From assembly GCA_022842465.1 (NCBI GenBank), contig JALHPN010000002.1:40391-104390 (forward strand): 64,000 bases of DNA. The letters are read 5' to 3'. Each line of letters starts with the position of its first letter. Position 1 is the stretch's first letter. Made by a program: the position numbers and the translations under genes. The stretch comes from Polyangiaceae bacterium. Lineage in GTDB: Bacteria > Myxococcota_A > Polyangia > Polyangiales > Polyangiaceae. The notes below the pieces were generated by a model. The model was not told the origin of the DNA and did not search any database. It was given only the letters and a program-made list of their open reading frames with translations. Positions 62,319 to 64,000 of this stretch are shown here, one piece after another.

Positions 62319-63815
62319 TCACCCCTTCGCGAGGACGAGCGCCGCGAGCAGGGCGAAGCCGAGGACGACGAGGAGCACCGCCACGGCGAAGCTCCCACCC
62401 GTGGGCCGGCGTGCCATCGCCTCGCGCGCGTGCCCCGTCTCGTCCTCCGCCGTGACGCGCGCCATCGCCTCGCGTGCTTCCCTGGCGGCCCGGCCGAGGA
62501 GGATGACCTCGATGACGACCGCCGCGACGAGCGACACGATCGCGATCGCGAGGCCCGCCGCGCGCCGCTTCCTGTTGGTCGAGCTCCGCGCCGGCAGCCC
62601 GTCGAGCGCCGTCCACCGCGGAAACGGCTCCGCACCTCGCGCGAGGAGCCAAGGACCGAGGCTGCATGCCTTCCCGGTGTCGACCGAGGCGACCGGGCCG
62701 ACCACGAACGGCCACGCCATCGCCGCGCCACCGAGGGTCTCCGCCCCGCGCGGCTCGCCCGAGACGACGAGCCAGTGGAGCCCGTCGCCGAGGGCGGGAG
62801 CGCGGAAGTGCGCGCCGTCCTCGACGCGCAGCGCCGCCGCGGCGACCCGGCCGCGCTCGTCGTCGACCTCGGCGTAGACCACGGTGCGCGGGTTCGGCGC
62901 GCGGATCTGGACGTCGAGATCGCCACCGCGAGGGACGGCGCGGGAGAACGTGGGCTGGAAGGCGCCCGCGGCGACGGGGAGGGCGCCGAACCACTCGCCT
63001 ACCGTCCTGCCCCCGGCGACGGCCTCGATGCCGACGCCCGTGATGTGCCCCATGGCTCGCATCTTGGTGTGCGCCCACCGGACGGCCCCATCCCCTTCTC
63101 CCTCGCAGAGCGTCACGCTCGGGGAGGCGACGTCGAGCCCGGGCTCCGGCGCGATCGCGAGGGCGACCGACGCCGCGGGGATCCCTGCTCCGAGGCGCGC
63201 GCGGATCCACACGTCCGAGTCGAAGCCGGTCACGAGCCGCTCTCCGTCGACGAGCACGTCGAGCTCGACCGGGCCGACGCGCTTCGCGGGGCGCGCGGCG
63301 GTGCTCGTGCGGGACGCTCTTCGCGGGACGTCCTCCCAGCGCACCCGGCCCTCGGCGAGCGGAAGCGCCTCCCCGTCGGCGCGCACGACGAGGTCGAGCG
63401 GCATCCCGCTCGTGAGGCCCGGAAGCGCGAAGGACATCTCGGCGATGCCGTCCTCGTTGGTGTCGCCCGACCACGTCGCCTCGCGGCCGTTCGCGCGTGC
63501 CGTCACCTGGAGGCCGCGCATCGCGATGGTCTCTCGCACGCCGCGGTCGTCGAGGAGGGTGAGCAGCTGCCAGGCGAGACGCGGTGTGCCGTCGGCGGCC
63601 GGATCCCCGAGCGGGGCTCCGAAGACGACGGCGGCCCGGACGGCGTCCCCCGCCCCGACCCGGAGGCCGAGCATGAGGGTCGCCACGGCGGCGAGGGGCG
63701 CGACCGCCACGACGATCGCCCTCGCGCGCGGCGATCGGACGGCGCGCGGCGCACCGGCGGCAGGTTCGAGCGGCGTCGGATCGGAGGACATCAGGGGGAG
63801 GCGGAGCGGATCCAT
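62319..63815 (-). CDS. Hypothetical membrane protein (N-terminal TM, beta-rich extracytoplasmic region, two C-terminal TMs)
   Basis: Hydrophobic ends; GDTNEDGIAEMSF loosely resembles MG/Ig-like domains; start uncertain. Confidence 0.72.
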   Translation of the reverse strand: MDPLRLPLMSSDPTPLEPAAGAPRAVRSPRARAIVVAVAPLAAVATLMLGLRVGAGDAVRAAVVFGAPLGDPAADGTPRLAWQLLTLLDDRGVRETIAMRGLQVTARANGREATWSGDTNEDGIAEMSFALPGLTSGMPLDLVVRADGEALPLAEGRVRWEDVPRRASRTSTAARPAKRVGPVELDVLVDGERLVTGFDSDVWIRARLGAGIPAASVALAIAPEPGLDVASPSVTLCEGEGDGAVRWAHTKMRAMGHITGVGIEAVAGGRTVGEWFGALPVAAGAFQPTFSRAVPRGGDLDVQIRAPNPRTVVYAEVDDERGRVAAAALRVEDGAHFRAPALGDGLHWLVVSGEPRGAETLGGAAMAWPFVVGPVASVDTGKACSLGPWLLARGAEPFPRWTALDGLPARSSTNRKRRAAGLAIAIVSLVAAVVIEVILLGRAAREAREAMARVTAEDETGHAREAMARRPTGGSFAVAVLLVVLGFALLAALVLAKG

Positions 63816-63918
63816 GGTCGCACGGCCGACCGGGTCCCCGCTCGAACCGTCCACGAAGCGTGACCCGTCGCTCCGTGGAAGGTATCGTGGCACTCGGGAG
63901 CGCTCCCAGGGACCGCAC

Positions 63919-64000
63919 GTGTCGACCGCGGACGAAGATCTCGTGGCGTTCGCGAACGCCCGCCTAGGCACCGTCCTACGTGGCAAGTACCGCCTCGACG
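63919..64000 (+). CDS. Ser/Thr protein kinase, partial (5' end only)
   Basis: Translates VSTADEDLVAFANARLGTVLRGKYRLD, matching the 'G-x-V/L-L-x-GKYR-L/I/V' kinase starts elsewhere in the window. Confidence 0.7.
   Translation, partial: MSTADEDLVAFANARLGTVLRGKYRLD

Overview
A very GC-rich (roughly 70%+ by eye), gene-dense chromosomal window whose gene content (four complete and one partial Hanks-type Ser/Thr kinases, several PEGA/TPR proteins, Cys-rich lipoproteins, DUF4388 and PilZ proteins) points to Myxococcota, most like Polyangiales (Labilithrix/Polyangium-like); this is inferred, not tested. Housekeeping genes: clpB, moxR-DUF58-transglutaminase triad, ccmA-like ABC ATPase, bioF, zapA, fused aroK-aroB, yggU, dapF, pyrH, PpiC-type isomerase, KamA radical SAM, acyl-CoA carboxylase beta subunit, a two-component pair, tsaD and an AidB-like acyl-CoA dehydrogenase. 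No rRNA, tRNA, CRISPR, transposase or prophage was recognised. Main points of interest: (1) three parS palindromes between bioF and zapA, one covering the probable bioF start codon; (2) two tandem kinase-TPR/PEGA-lipoprotein cassettes plus a third variant, suggesting a modular trans-envelope signalling system; (3) a coupled pair of multidomain signalling proteins whose catalytic motifs are mostly degenerate; (4) a recurrent TAnnnT box 6-10 nt before start codons, suggesting many leaderless mRNAs; (5) an unannotated 27-aa hydrophobic ORF behind a sigma54-like promoter; (6) unusual fusions (PilZ-TM-AMIN-like, DUF362-CBM9-like). All domain calls come from reading motifs by eye, not from database searches.
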